DNA of 64,000 nt from an uncultured Candidatus Rokubacteria bacterium (GTDB taxonomy: Bacteria > Methylomirabilota > Methylomirabilia > Rokubacteriales > CSP1-6), in contig CAVWFS010000019.1 of NCBI GenBank assembly GCA_963754315.1, positions 512,001 through 576,000 on the forward strand, read 5' to 3'. The position numbers were made by a program, and so were the translations under genes. This document shows, one piece after another, positions 21,006-30,954 of the stretch (the first letter of the stretch is position 1; each line of letters opens with the position of its first letter). The notes beneath the pieces were generated by a model that ran no database searches, was not told the DNA's origin, and was given only the letters and a program-made list of their open reading frames with translations.

Positions 21006-21133
21006 GAACGCTGGCCGCTCGCCTCCGGGTAGAGCCGCATCTCGACCTTGAACTGATCCATCGCGACCATTCTGATCCCGCCACTCGAATGCCCGCAAGA
21101 CGTATCAGAAAGCCGACACCAGGGTCTGATCGA

Positions 21134-21565
21134 TCAGCGGGCCTGGATGTATTCCTTCAGGTAGCGGTTTTCGTACTCGGTCTCCTCGAGACACGCCTTG
21201 ACGACGTCGCCGATGGAGATCAGGCCTGCGATGCGGTCGCCGTCCACCACGGGCAGGTGACGGACACGATTGTTCGTCATGATGCCCATGATGTAGCCGA
21301 GGTCGTCGTCGGGGACCCCCACCAGGACCTCCTGCGTCATGGCCTCGCCTACCGAGATCTGCGCGAGCGGCCTGGCACTGTGGTGGCACTCGCGGAGGAC
21401 GTCGCGCTCGCTGATGATGCCGACCGGGTGGCCGTCGTCGTCCAGCACCAACAAGGCGCCGACCTGGAACCGCACGAGCAGAGCAAGGGCTTCCTTGACC
21501 GTGCGGTGGGGCCCGACCGAGTACACCTGGCTACCTTTGACCTTGAGGACGTCCCGGATCTTCAT
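21134..21565 (-). CDS. CBS domain protein
   Basis: GIISERD, MT, RHLPVVD...GLISIGD. Confidence 0.9.
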   Translation of the reverse strand: MKIRDVLKVKGSQVYSVGPHRTVKEALALLVRFQVGALLVLDDDGHPVGIISERDVLRECHHSARPLAQISVGEAMTQEVLVGVPDDDLGYIMGIMTNNRVRHLPVVDGDRIAGLISIGDVVKACLEETEYENRYLKEYIQAR

Positions 21566-21662
21566 GGCGTCACCTCCCGGGAGCGGACCTAAGGGACTGG
21601 TCCCGCAAACGCTAGTCCGGCCCAGCCCCGGTCAAGCGTCATGAGCGTACCCAACGCCGTCC

Positions 21663-22730
21663 TCACCCTTCCAGCAAGGTCACGCCGGCGCCGTCACCCA
21701 CGCTGAGGGCAACCTCGGCGCTCTCGGGTAGCGACTGCACGACGTCGGTGGTGGTCACGAGCAGCTCACCCACCTCAGTCGCAACGACGTATTCCGCGTA
21801 GGTCCCGAGATACGCCGCCCGCACGATCCGGCCGGGAAGTTCGGAGGCCGACGCAGGCCCACGCGTGAGCCGAATGGCGTGGGGACGGATGGCGACCTCC
21901 ACCTCCCCCTCGGGCAGCCCGCGGTGCGGGAGCACGCACTCGATGGACCCGATCACGACCCGGCCCTGGCCGCCGTCCCCGTGAATCAGTCGCCCCTTGA
22001 TCAGATTCGCCTCGCCCATGAAGCTGGCCACAAAGCGGTCGCGCGGGCGCTCGTAGAGATCGCGCGGGGAGCCCTCCTGGGCGATCATCGATCGACTCAT
22101 GACGATGATGCGATCGGAGAGGGCCATCGCCTCCTGCTGGTCATGGGTCACGTAGATCACCGTGAGCTCCAGACGCTGCTGCAGATCGCGGATCTCCTGG
22201 CGCATCTGACGACGGAGTCCCGCATCAAGGTTGGAGAGCGGCTCGTCGAAGAGCAGGACCCGGGGCTCGAGGACAAGGGCCCGTGCGACCGCCACCCGCT
22301 GCTGCTGGCCGCCCGACAGCTCGCTCGGCAGCCGTTCGTCCAGTCCATTCAATCCAACGGTGGCCAGCACCTGTTGAGCCGTCGCGTGGGCCTGGCGGCG
22401 AGGCTGGCCCGACACCACGAGGCCATAGGCAACGTTGTCGAGCACGGTCAGGTGTGGGAAGAGGGCGTAGCTCTGGAAGACCATGCTCACATCGCGCGCG
22501 CTGGCCGGCTGACGAGTCACGTCTTCCTCGCCGATCAGAATCTGCCCGCTGGTCGGCAGTTCGAGGCCAGCCACGAGGCGGAGCGTGGTCGTCTTGCCGC
22601 AGCCCGACGGCCCCAGCAGGGTGACGAGCCACCCGCTCTCGACGACGAAGCTCACCTCGTGCACAGCGGTGACCGCGCCGTAGCGCTTGCTGACCTTGCG
22701 CAGCTCCACGCGGGCCGCCCGTCCACTCAC
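21663..22730 (-). CDS. ABC ATP-binding protein (FbpC/AfuC-like)
   Basis: [28 protein letters not shown]-like tail. Confidence 0.9.
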   Translation of the reverse strand: MSGRAARVELRKVSKRYGAVTAVHEVSFVVESGWLVTLLGPSGCGKTTTLRLVAGLELPTSGQILIGEEDVTRQPASARDVSMVFQSYALFPHLTVLDNVAYGLVVSGQPRRQAHATAQQVLATVGLNGLDERLPSELSGGQQQRVAVARALVLEPRVLLFDEPLSNLDAGLRRQMRQEIRDLQQRLELTVIYVTHDQQEAMALSDRIIVMSRSMIAQEGSPRDLYERPRDRFVASFMGEANLIKGRLIHGDGGQGRVVIGSIECVLPHRGLPEGEVEVAIRPHAIRLTRGPASASELPGRIVRAAYLGTYAEYVVATEVGELLVTTTDVVQSLPESAEVALSVGDGAGVTLLEG

Positions 22731-24891
22731 GAGGCGCGCGCTCCCGCCGCCAGCGTTGCCGGCACCCGCCGCCCGAGCCGCCGCTCCCCGACGAGAAGCT
22801 GAATGAGCAGAATGGCGGCTAGCATGAGCACGATGAGCACCGAGCTGTACGCGATGGCCACCCCGTAGTCGCCGTTCACGACCCGGTTGATAATGTAGGT
22901 CGTGGCCAGGTCGTACTCGGCGGAGACGAGAAAGATGACGGCGCTCACGGTCGTCATGGCGCGCACGAAGCTGTAGACGAGCGCCGCCACGAGCGCCGGC
23001 CGCAAGAGGGGAAGGATTACCCGGCGCAGCGTGGTGGCGCTGCCACCCCCAAGGTGAGGGAGGCCTCGTCCAAGCTCGGGTCGATCTGGCTCATGGCCGC
23101 CACCCCGGCCCGAATTCCCACCGGCATGTTGCGGAAGATGAAGCAGATGACGAGGATTGCCCCGGTTCCCGTCAGCTCGAGCGGCGGAACGTTGAACGCG
23201 AAGATGTAGCTGAGGCCGATCACGGTGCCTGGAATGGCAAAGCTGAGCATGGTGACGAACTCGAAGACCGAGCGACCGTGAAAGGGTTGGCGGACGAGCA
23301 CGTAGGCGATCAGCAGACCCAACGCGGCGGTCAACGGAGCGGCCACGCTCGCCAGCTCCAAGGTCGTCCACAGCGAGTGCCAGGCTGATCCGGACCAGAG
23401 AAGTCCGTGCGGCGTCGACTCGATGGCAAACGCTTTCGCGTAGTGGCGTAAGGTGGGCCGAAAGTCGCGCCCCCACACTTCGGCGAATCCGCCGGCCAGG
23501 GCCAGCGCATAGACGAACGCGGTGAGAGCCGCCCACGGGATCGCCACCGCGAACGTCAGCCGGCGTACTCCGTTCGGCAGCGGGGCCGCGACGCCGGCGT
23601 CACCCTTGCCGGAGACTCCCGTGTAGAGGCGACGCCCCAGGACCCGGCGCTGCAACATGAAGGCGCCCAGCGCGAACGCGAGCAGGATCAAGGCGAGGGC
23701 GGCTGCGCGCCCATGGTCGAGCTGGGCCCCCACCACGGAGAAGAAGATCTCGGTGGAGAGGACGGCGAAGTTGCCCCCGAGGACAATGGGGTTGCCGAAG
23801 TCCGCGATGCTCTCCACGAACCCCACCAGAAAGGCGTTGGCCAGGCCCGGCCGCATGAGGGGCAGAGAAACAGTACTGAACGTCTGCCAGCGGTCGGCCC
23901 GTAAGGTCTGCGCCGCCTCCTCGAGGGTGGGGCTCACCCCCTGGACGACGCCGAGGAGGACGAGGAACGCCACCGGCGTGAAGGCAAAGAGCTGAGCCAT
24001 CCACACGCCCTGAAAGCCGTAGATCCAGCGTGACGGCGGGATGTCCAGGAGACGCTCGAGCAACTGGTTGACGAGGCCCGCCCGCCCGAAGACCAGGATC
24101 AGGCTGAGCCCGATCACGAAGGGTGGGGTGATGATCGGCAACACCGTCAGGACGCGAAGGAGTCCCCGTACACGGACCGTCGTCCGTGTCACGATCAGCG
24201 CAAAGGCCAGCCCGAGCGCTGTGGTCCCCGTCGCCGTGAGCAGCGCCAGGAACAAGGTGTTCCAGGCCACGCCACATCGCGAACCACCGAACAGGCACCC
24301 CACGCTCCAGATCTTCTCGGCGAGGATCCTGGAGCCGAGGGCTGCCACCGAGAATTCATTGGACCGCGTCTGAACGGCGCTCGCCAGGACACGCACGAGA
24401 GGGAACACGGTAAAGAGCGTGACGAGGAGCAGCACGACGGCCACCGCGCTTGCCACGAACGCGTCACCCCGGAACGCGCCGCGCAGGGCCAGCCCCTGCG
24501 CCAGGAGCAGCACGAAGGCAGCCACCACGACCAGCGCGCCGATCCCCATGCCTCCCTGCCCCTCGTCCAGTGGACGGCCGAGAAGATCAGCGAGGAACGG
24601 CCACGACCAACCGCGCAGGCCTATGGCAAATCCCTGACCGAACGTCACCAAGAGCCCGACCGCCCCCGCCAGGGTCAGTACGAGACCGCGCTCGGCACGA
24701 CCGCGCAGGACCAGCCCCGTCGCCGCGAGGAGGAGAGGGAGCAGTGGCAACCACAACCATGGCCGATGAAAACGCGCGGCTTGCACCAGCGCAGACGCGA
24801 CATCACGCTCGGTCGCCCAACCGGCCAGCCAGCTCAGGCGCCAGAAGCTGTCGCTCAGCGCGTACCAGGGCACGAGCGCGTACCCGGCCAT
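22727..24891 (-). CDS. ABC permease (FbpB/AfuB-like), frameshifted near 23045; start uncertain
   Basis: Two EAA loops (LEEAAQTL, LDEASLTLG); C-terminus continues in another frame after a G-run. Confidence 0.8.
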
Positions 24892-24937
24892 CCCCCCCAG
24901 CAGGCAGGCGAGGGTGCCACGCGACGAGGGCGCGCCG

Positions 24938-25963
24938 CTACTTCGGAAGACTGTTGACGTCCTTCTCCCAGCGCTCCAGGAGGCGACGGCGCTCGGCCGA
25001 GCCGCCATACTTGGCGAAGTTGTAATCGATGAGCTTCATCTCGGTCAGCTTGGGCGCCTGGGGCGGCAACGGCGCCGATCGGTTGGAAGGGACCTGATAC
25101 TGCTTGGCCTCGGCGCCGATGCGCTGGGCATCGGCGGTGAGGGCCCAATCGGCCCAGCGCCTGGCGTTGGCGAGATTGCGTGCACCGCGAATCACGCTCA
25201 TGGATCCAATCTCGTAGCCAGTTCCTTCGCAGGGCGCTGCCACTTTCACGGGGAACCCGGCCACCGCCTCGGTGATGCCGTCGTGCATGAAACTGATGCT
25301 GACCCCTGTCTCCCCGCGGCCGACCGCCTTGATAGGCGCCGTGCCGGAGCGCGTGTATTGATTCACGTTGCGGTGAAGCTGCTTCAGATATTCGAAGGCT
25401 TTCTCCTCACCCATGATCTGCACGACGGTGGCGACGGCCGTATAGGCGGTACCCGAAGAATTGGGATTGGCGATCTGAATCTCGCCACCGTACTCGGCTT
25501 TCACAAGGTCGGCCCAGCACGCGGGTGTCGCGAGCTTCTTGCGTGCGAGCAGCTCGGTGTTGTAGCCGAAGCCCAGGGCGCCGGCGTAGATGCCGACCGT
25601 GCGATAGCCAGACTGCTCGGCCTGTTTGCGCGCCCAGTCGTGGAGCTGGTCGAGGTTGGGCGATCGATAGACCTCCGTCAGCTGCTCTTCCGCGGCCTGC
25701 AGGTGGGGATCGCCCGTGCCCCCCCACCACACGTCACCCTTGGGATTGGCCGCCTCCGCCTTGATCTGGGCCAATGTCTCCCCCGAACCTTTCTGAGTCA
25801 CCGCGACCTTGATACCGGTCTGGCGCTGAAACGCGTTGGCCATGGCCTGGCACCACTCGGCCTGCACGCTACAGTACACGGTGAGCGAGCCCTGCCCGGC
25901 CGCCGCGCCCGGGAAGAGAAGCAGCCCGAGGGCGAGGAACGCCACGACGATGTGGAAGTTCAT
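24938..25963 (-). CDS. Fe3+/sugar-phosphate-type ABC substrate-binding protein (AfuA-like)
   Basis: GSGE, DVWWGG, NPNSSGTA, EGTGYE; signal peptide. Confidence 0.88.
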   Translation of the reverse strand: MNFHIVVAFLALGLLLFPGAAAGQGSLTVYCSVQAEWCQAMANAFQRQTGIKVAVTQKGSGETLAQIKAEAANPKGDVWWGGTGDPHLQAAEEQLTEVYRSPNLDQLHDWARKQAEQSGYRTVGIYAGALGFGYNTELLARKKLATPACWADLVKAEYGGEIQIANPNSSGTAYTAVATVVQIMGEEKAFEYLKQLHRNVNQYTRSGTAPIKAVGRGETGVSISFMHDGITEAVAGFPVKVAAPCEGTGYEIGSMSVIRGARNLANARRWADWALTADAQRIGAEAKQYQVPSNRSAPLPPQAPKLTEMKLIDYNFAKYGGSAERRRLLERWEKDVNSLPK

Positions 25964-26005
25964 GCGCGGGATTATACCCGCCTCCGGATCGCTCTCGGTG
26001 ATGCG

Positions 26006-27265
26006 TTACGGTCGAGAAAGCGGTCGCGGTCGCCCTGCCGTCGCCGCGGTCCGTCGAGGGCGCAGCGTGGCGAGAAGGAAGCGCGCGGCCATCACGAGCT
26101 TGCGCTGTCGCAGGCTCTCCTCACCCAGGGCGACCGCCGCGAAGAGCCGACAGAGCTCGCGATCGGCGGCGGCAGTGCGGATGACTCGATCGACGAGACG
26201 CGGGTGGGCAAAGAGCCGACGCTGGATGCGCACGGAATCCGTCAGCTCCTCGCCGATCTCACGCTGCCACGCGACCTGGTACGCGGCGAGACGCGCGGCA
26301 GAAACATCGCCCTCGGCGAGGGCACGGGCTGCGGCGTCGCCCGCGAGTTGCCCGGTAACCATGGCGTAGTAAATACCCTCTCCCGTGTACGCATTGACGA
26401 AGCCGGCCGCGTCGCCGGCAAGAAGGATACCGTCGGCATATGTCCGAGCGAGGGGGCCACCCAGCGGAAGTCGAAACGCCTTGAAGTTCGCCTGATTCGA
26501 GCGTCCATTCACCCAGTTCTTGTCCACGGCCTCTTCCAGGAAGCGGCGATGGTGCTCGTAGGGCGTGCCCGACAGCTCGCGTTTGAAAAACGATAGAAGA
26601 AAGCCCACGCCGGCATCAACGTGCGCCGTCTTCGGGAAGACATAGCCGTACCCGGGCCAGCCCTTGTAGCCGTAGGCGACGTACATGGTGTCGGAATCGA
26701 CGGCGGACAGCTCTGTCAGCTCGGTCTCCTCCATGGTATCGATGGCCAGACCGTCGTCCGCGAAACCTCGCGTGAGACCGGCCGCCCGCGAGACGATGCT
26801 GTTCACGCCGTCGGCGCCGATGACGATCCGTGCGCGAATGGCCGTGCCCGCGATCGTCCGCACCGTGAGCCCCTCGTCTGTCTGATCAATGTCGGACACC
26901 CGCTCACCTTCGACGACCTCGGCCCCGCCGGCGCGCGCAGCGGCGAGAAGGGCGGCGTCGAACTCCGTTCGCCGCAAGGTCACGTAGAAGGGCGACTCGG
27001 AGGTGGCGAGCACGGTGGCGCCCCCGGGCGACTCCATCAGGACCTTGCGGATCTCGTGGATGGCCACAGTCGAACGCAAGCGTGTCCTGAGATCAGGAAA
27101 CCGACGGAACACGCTGAACCGGATACCGCCGCCGCATGGTTTGTCGCGGGGAAACCGCTTCTTGTCGAGCAGGACCACCCGGACACCGCGAGCCGCGAGG
27201 GTCAGCGCCGCCAGCGAACCCGCCGGCCCTCCCCCGACGACGACAACGTCAGCGCTTCGCGTCAC
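26006..27265 (-). CDS. Geranylgeranyl reductase family FAD oxidoreductase
   Basis: GGGPAG, FPRDKPCGGG, GADG, GY.YVFPK, GDAAG.V....GEGI. Confidence 0.88.
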   Translation of the reverse strand: MTRSADVVVVGGGPAGSLAALTLAARGVRVVLLDKKRFPRDKPCGGGIRFSVFRRFPDLRTRLRSTVAIHEIRKVLMESPGGATVLATSESPFYVTLRRTEFDAALLAAARAGGAEVVEGERVSDIDQTDEGLTVRTIAGTAIRARIVIGADGVNSIVSRAAGLTRGFADDGLAIDTMEETELTELSAVDSDTMYVAYGYKGWPGYGYVFPKTAHVDAGVGFLLSFFKRELSGTPYEHHRRFLEEAVDKNWVNGRSNQANFKAFRLPLGGPLARTYADGILLAGDAAGFVNAYTGEGIYYAMVTGQLAGDAAARALAEGDVSAARLAAYQVAWQREIGEELTDSVRIQRRLFAHPRLVDRVIRTAAADRELCRLFAAVALGEESLRQRKLVMAARFLLATLRPRRTAATAGRPRPLSRP

Positions 27266-28067
27266 GCTCGCGCGCGAGCCAGTGTTGGGCCACCTCGACG
27301 GCGGTGGCCCACCAGACACCCTCGTGCCCCTTCATGAAGCGGATGAGCTGGCGCAGGCACAAGAGTCGCGACGGATGTCCGATGACCTGGGGATGACAGG
27401 TCAGGTTGTAGAGGCCGCCCCACTCGTAGGCTCCGAGGAACTCATCGCGCCAGATACCGTAGACAGCCTCCGCGCTTTGCAGGGGCCGGGGAAGATAGGT
27501 CGGATGAAACAGCCAGTAGGGCGCGTCGTCCAAGGTCCACTGCACGGGCAGCTCCACCACGCCTGTGGTCGGGTGGACGTAGGGGAAGACATCGTCCATG
27601 AGATTGCTCGAGTAGATCATGCCATGCTGGCGCACGAGCTCGAGGGTGAGGGGCGTGAGATCCCACGCCGGCGCTCGGTAGCCGGCCGGCTTGACACCGA
27701 GCACCGAATCGAGCGCCTTCATGCCCCGGTCGAATGCGTGCCGCTCCGCGTCTGGCTCCTCCGGCTTGGCGCGCTCGTGCAGGTAGCCATGGTGACCGAT
27801 CTCGAAGCCAAGGTCGCGAATCTTCCGGCACGGATCAGGATGATGCTCGGCCACCCACCCGGGGATGAAGAACGTGGCGGGCACCCGCTCCTGGGCGAGG
27901 ACGTCGAGCAGCCGCGGGACCCCGACCTGGGCGCCGTAACGGCCCTGAGAGAGCACGCCCGGCCGCGTCGAGTGGGACGGATCACGCGAGAGCCAGCCAC
28001 TCTCGGCGTCGAAATCGAAGGTGAGCATGACCGCGATGCGCGCGCCGCCTGGCCACGGTGAGGCCAT
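27249..28067 (-). CDS. Polysaccharide deacetylase family protein
   Basis: TFDFD, ATFFIPG, HGY.H, GYRAP.W, HP. Confidence 0.88.
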   Translation of the reverse strand: MASPWPGGARIAVMLTFDFDAESGWLSRDPSHSTRPGVLSQGRYGAQVGVPRLLDVLAQERVPATFFIPGWVAEHHPDPCRKIRDLGFEIGHHGYLHERAKPEEPDAERHAFDRGMKALDSVLGVKPAGYRAPAWDLTPLTLELVRQHGMIYSSNLMDDVFPYVHPTTGVVELPVQWTLDDAPYWLFHPTYLPRPLQSAEAVYGIWRDEFLGAYEWGGLYNLTCHPQVIGHPSRLLCLRQLIRFMKGHEGVWWATAVEVAQHWLARERDAKR

Positions 28068-28194
28068 CGTCTTGCACCTCCTCGTTGTCGTCCCGCGATG
28101 CTAGCACGCGCTGGTGTTCCTCGGCGAAGCGGGCTAGACTGCCGCCCGCGATCCTCGGGACGAGGTGACGCCGAGGTACTCGCCGAGGCAGCGC

Positions 28195-29016
28195 ATGAAG
28201 CTCAAGGACCGCATCGCCTTGATCACCGGCGCCGGTTCCGGCATCGGCCGCGCCATCGCCCGGCGCTTCGCCGAGGAAGGTTGCCGGGTGATCGCCAACG
28301 ACGTGAATCTGGAGGCGGCACGCCAGACGGTGACAGAGCTAGGGGGAACTGTCCACCGTGCGCTCCAGGCCGACGTTGCCGACAGCGCACAGGTACGCGC
28401 CATGTTTGCCGAGGTCGAGCGAGAACTAGGCAGCCTCGATATCCTCGTGAACAACGCCGGCATCGCGGGCTCCGGGGAGAATCGCGACACTCTTCAAGCC
28501 AAGGGGGAGGCACGTCTACAGGAGATGCTCCGTGGCCAGACTATTCAAACGCACTGGGACATCACCGAGAGCATGACCGACGAGGCGTGGCACCGGATGA
28601 TCGGGGTTCACCTGAACGGAACGTTCTTCTGCACGCGCGAAGCGCTTCGTCTCATGAGCCAGCGCAACCGCGGCGTCATCGTCAACCTGTCGAGCGTGGC
28701 CGCCCTCGCGGGCCTCGATGCGGTGCCCCACTACAGCGCGGCCAAGGCGGGCATTCTGGGCTTCACGCGCGCGGTCGCCCGCGAGGTGGCCTCACGCGGG
28801 ATTCGCGTCAACGCCATCTGTCCGGGATTCATCGACACTCCCATGACCGAGCCGATGTCGCCCCTCATGCGGGCGGCCGCGCTGGCCCGCACGCCCCTCG
28901 GACGCTCGGGGGAACCATCCGAAGTCGCCGCCACTGCCCTCTTCCTGGCCTCCGACGAGAGCGCCTTCTACACCGGGCAGTGGTTGTCCCCGAATGGGGG
29001 CCTCTTCATTGGCTGA
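28195..29016 (+). CDS. SDR family oxidoreductase
   Basis: TGAGSGIG, NNAG, YSAAK, NAICPG. Confidence 0.9.
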   Translation: MKLKDRIALITGAGSGIGRAIARRFAEEGCRVIANDVNLEAARQTVTELGGTVHRALQADVADSAQVRAMFAEVERELGSLDILVNNAGIAGSGENRDTLQAKGEARLQEMLRGQTIQTHWDITESMTDEAWHRMIGVHLNGTFFCTREALRLMSQRNRGVIVNLSSVAALAGLDAVPHYSAAKAGILGFTRAVAREVASRGIRVNAICPGFIDTPMTEPMSPLMRAAALARTPLGRSGEPSEVAATALFLASDESAFYTGQWLSPNGGLFIG

Positions 29017-29788
29017 GACCGCCCTCCTCCGACACGCGCTCGGCGTGCGAGGAACACACGTCGAGATGATCACGGCCGGGTCGGGCGACCCACTCCTCTT
29101 CCTGCACGGAGCGGGCAGCGCCGGGCGCTGGTGGCCGTTTCACGAGTGGCTCGCGCGCGATTTCACCCTGCGGCTCCCGATTCATCCAGGACATGGCGGG
29201 ACGCCGGCTGCCGACTGGATCGAGCACATCTCCGATCTCGCGCTCCACTATCTTGATCTGCTCGACGAGCTCGGCCTCGAGCGCGTGCATCTGGTGGGCG
29301 CTTCTTTCGGAGGGTGGATCGCCGCCGAGATGGCCACGGTCGCGTCCCATCGTCTCTATTCCCTGGCGCTCATCGACCCAGTGGGCATCAAGGTGGACGG
29401 CTGGATCTATCCTTTTCTCTTCGGCATGGACATTCCGGAACTGGTGGCCACCCTCTTTCACGATCCGGCGGCCGCGATCGCCCTTGCGCCGAAGGATCAG
29501 AGTGTCGACACCCTGGCCGAGCTGTACCGGGAACGAACGGCCCTCGCGCGCGTGTCCTGGAACCCCTATCTCTACAACCCCCTGCTCCGACGCAGACTCG
29601 GGCGCATCCGGGCGCGCACCTTGCTGTGCTGGGGCGAGCATGACCGTCTGGCCCCTCTGGCCTGCGCCGCCACGTGGCAGTCGGAGATCCCCGGCGCCGA
29701 GCTGCGTCTCTTCAGCCGCTCAGGCCACCTCCCGCACCTGGAAGAGCCCGAGGCCACCGCCAGCGCCATCCTGGAGTTCTGTCGATAG
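29009..29788 (+). CDS. Alpha/beta hydrolase
   Basis: FLHG, GASFGG, WG..D, SGH.PH.E. Confidence 0.88.
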   Translation: MAETALLRHALGVRGTHVEMITAGSGDPLLFLHGAGSAGRWWPFHEWLARDFTLRLPIHPGHGGTPAADWIEHISDLALHYLDLLDELGLERVHLVGASFGGWIAAEMATVASHRLYSLALIDPVGIKVDGWIYPFLFGMDIPELVATLFHDPAAAIALAPKDQSVDTLAELYRERTALARVSWNPYLYNPLLRRRLGRIRARTLLCWGEHDRLAPLACAATWQSEIPGAELRLFSRSGHLPHLEEPEATASAILEFCR

Positions 29789-29790
29789 AC

Positions 29791-30936
29791 ATGAAGTTCT
29801 ACTACTTTCACCTCATGCCGTACCCGATGGAGCACGACGAGCCGTCGTCGTGGGTGACCCTCTCCAACCGCCACTACGATCCCGTGGTGGGCCACACGCT
29901 CTACAATCAGTATCTGGACCAGCTCGAGTACGCGGAGCAGCTCGGATGGGACGGTCTGTGCGTCAACGAGCACCATCAGAACTGCTATGGCACCATGCCG
30001 AGCCCGAACGTGATGGCGGCCATGCTCGTGCGCCGCACCCATCGGGCCAAGATCGCTATCCTGGGCAACGGTCTTCCTCTTCGTGAGAATCCGCTGCGCA
30101 TCGCCGAGGAGATCGCCATGCTCGACGTGGCCTCCGGCGGGCGCGTCATCTCCGGCTTCGTGCGGGGCATCTCCCCGGAGTACTTCTCCACCGCTGTCAA
30201 CCCGACCCACTCGCGCGAGCGCTTCTACGAGGCGGCCGAGCTGATCCTGCGCGCCTGGACGGAAGAAGGCCCGTTCGCTTTCGACGGGCGCTTCTACCGT
30301 TACCCGTACGTCAACCCCTGGCCGCGTCCGCTCCAGAAGCCCCATCCGCCCGTGTGGTGTCCCTCTCAGGGGAGCAGCGAGACGGTCGAGTGGGCGGCCA
30401 AGCGACGCTTCCCGTACCTGATGGTGTTCACTCCGATCACCCGCATAGCCCAGATCTACGGCGAGTACAGGGAAGCGTGCGAGCGCTATGGCTACACCGC
30501 CAGCCCCTATCAGCTCACCGTCAACCTGCCGATCATCGTGGCCGAGAACGACACGAAGGCCCGTGAGCTCGCGCAGGCCCACGCGCTGTGGGTCTATCAC
30601 GTGGGGCTCAGGGTTGCCGCCCCCTTCTGGCGGCCGCCCGGCTATCTCTCCGAGCCGTCGCTGCGGCGGGTGCTCGACAACCCCGCCAAGCTCCCCACCG
30701 AGTTGACATTCGAGGATCTCGAGGCGGGCGGGTACATAATCTGTGGGAGCCCGGCCACCGTGCGAGACAAGCTGAAGGTGTTCGCGGAGGAGCTGCGGGC
30801 CGGCATCGTCTGCTCGGGGTTGAACGGAGGAACGCACGAGCGGACTCTCGAGATGATGCAGCTCTTTGCAGAGGAAGTCATGCCGCATTTCCGCGACGAC
30901 GCCCGTGTTGACGAAACGGCGGGCGTCGGTCGATAA
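29791..30936 (+). CDS. LLM class flavin-dependent oxidoreductase
   Basis: NEHH, P.RIAEE.AMLD..SGGR, P.P.Q.PHPP.W, LFA.EVMP. Confidence 0.9.
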   Translation: MKFYYFHLMPYPMEHDEPSSWVTLSNRHYDPVVGHTLYNQYLDQLEYAEQLGWDGLCVNEHHQNCYGTMPSPNVMAAMLVRRTHRAKIAILGNGLPLRENPLRIAEEIAMLDVASGGRVISGFVRGISPEYFSTAVNPTHSRERFYEAAELILRAWTEEGPFAFDGRFYRYPYVNPWPRPLQKPHPPVWCPSQGSSETVEWAAKRRFPYLMVFTPITRIAQIYGEYREACERYGYTASPYQLTVNLPIIVAENDTKARELAQAHALWVYHVGLRVAAPFWRPPGYLSEPSLRRVLDNPAKLPTELTFEDLEAGGYIICGSPATVRDKLKVFAEELRAGIVCSGLNGGTHERTLEMMQLFAEEVMPHFRDDARVDETAGVGR

Positions 30937-30954
30937 CGAAAGGAAGGATGCTCT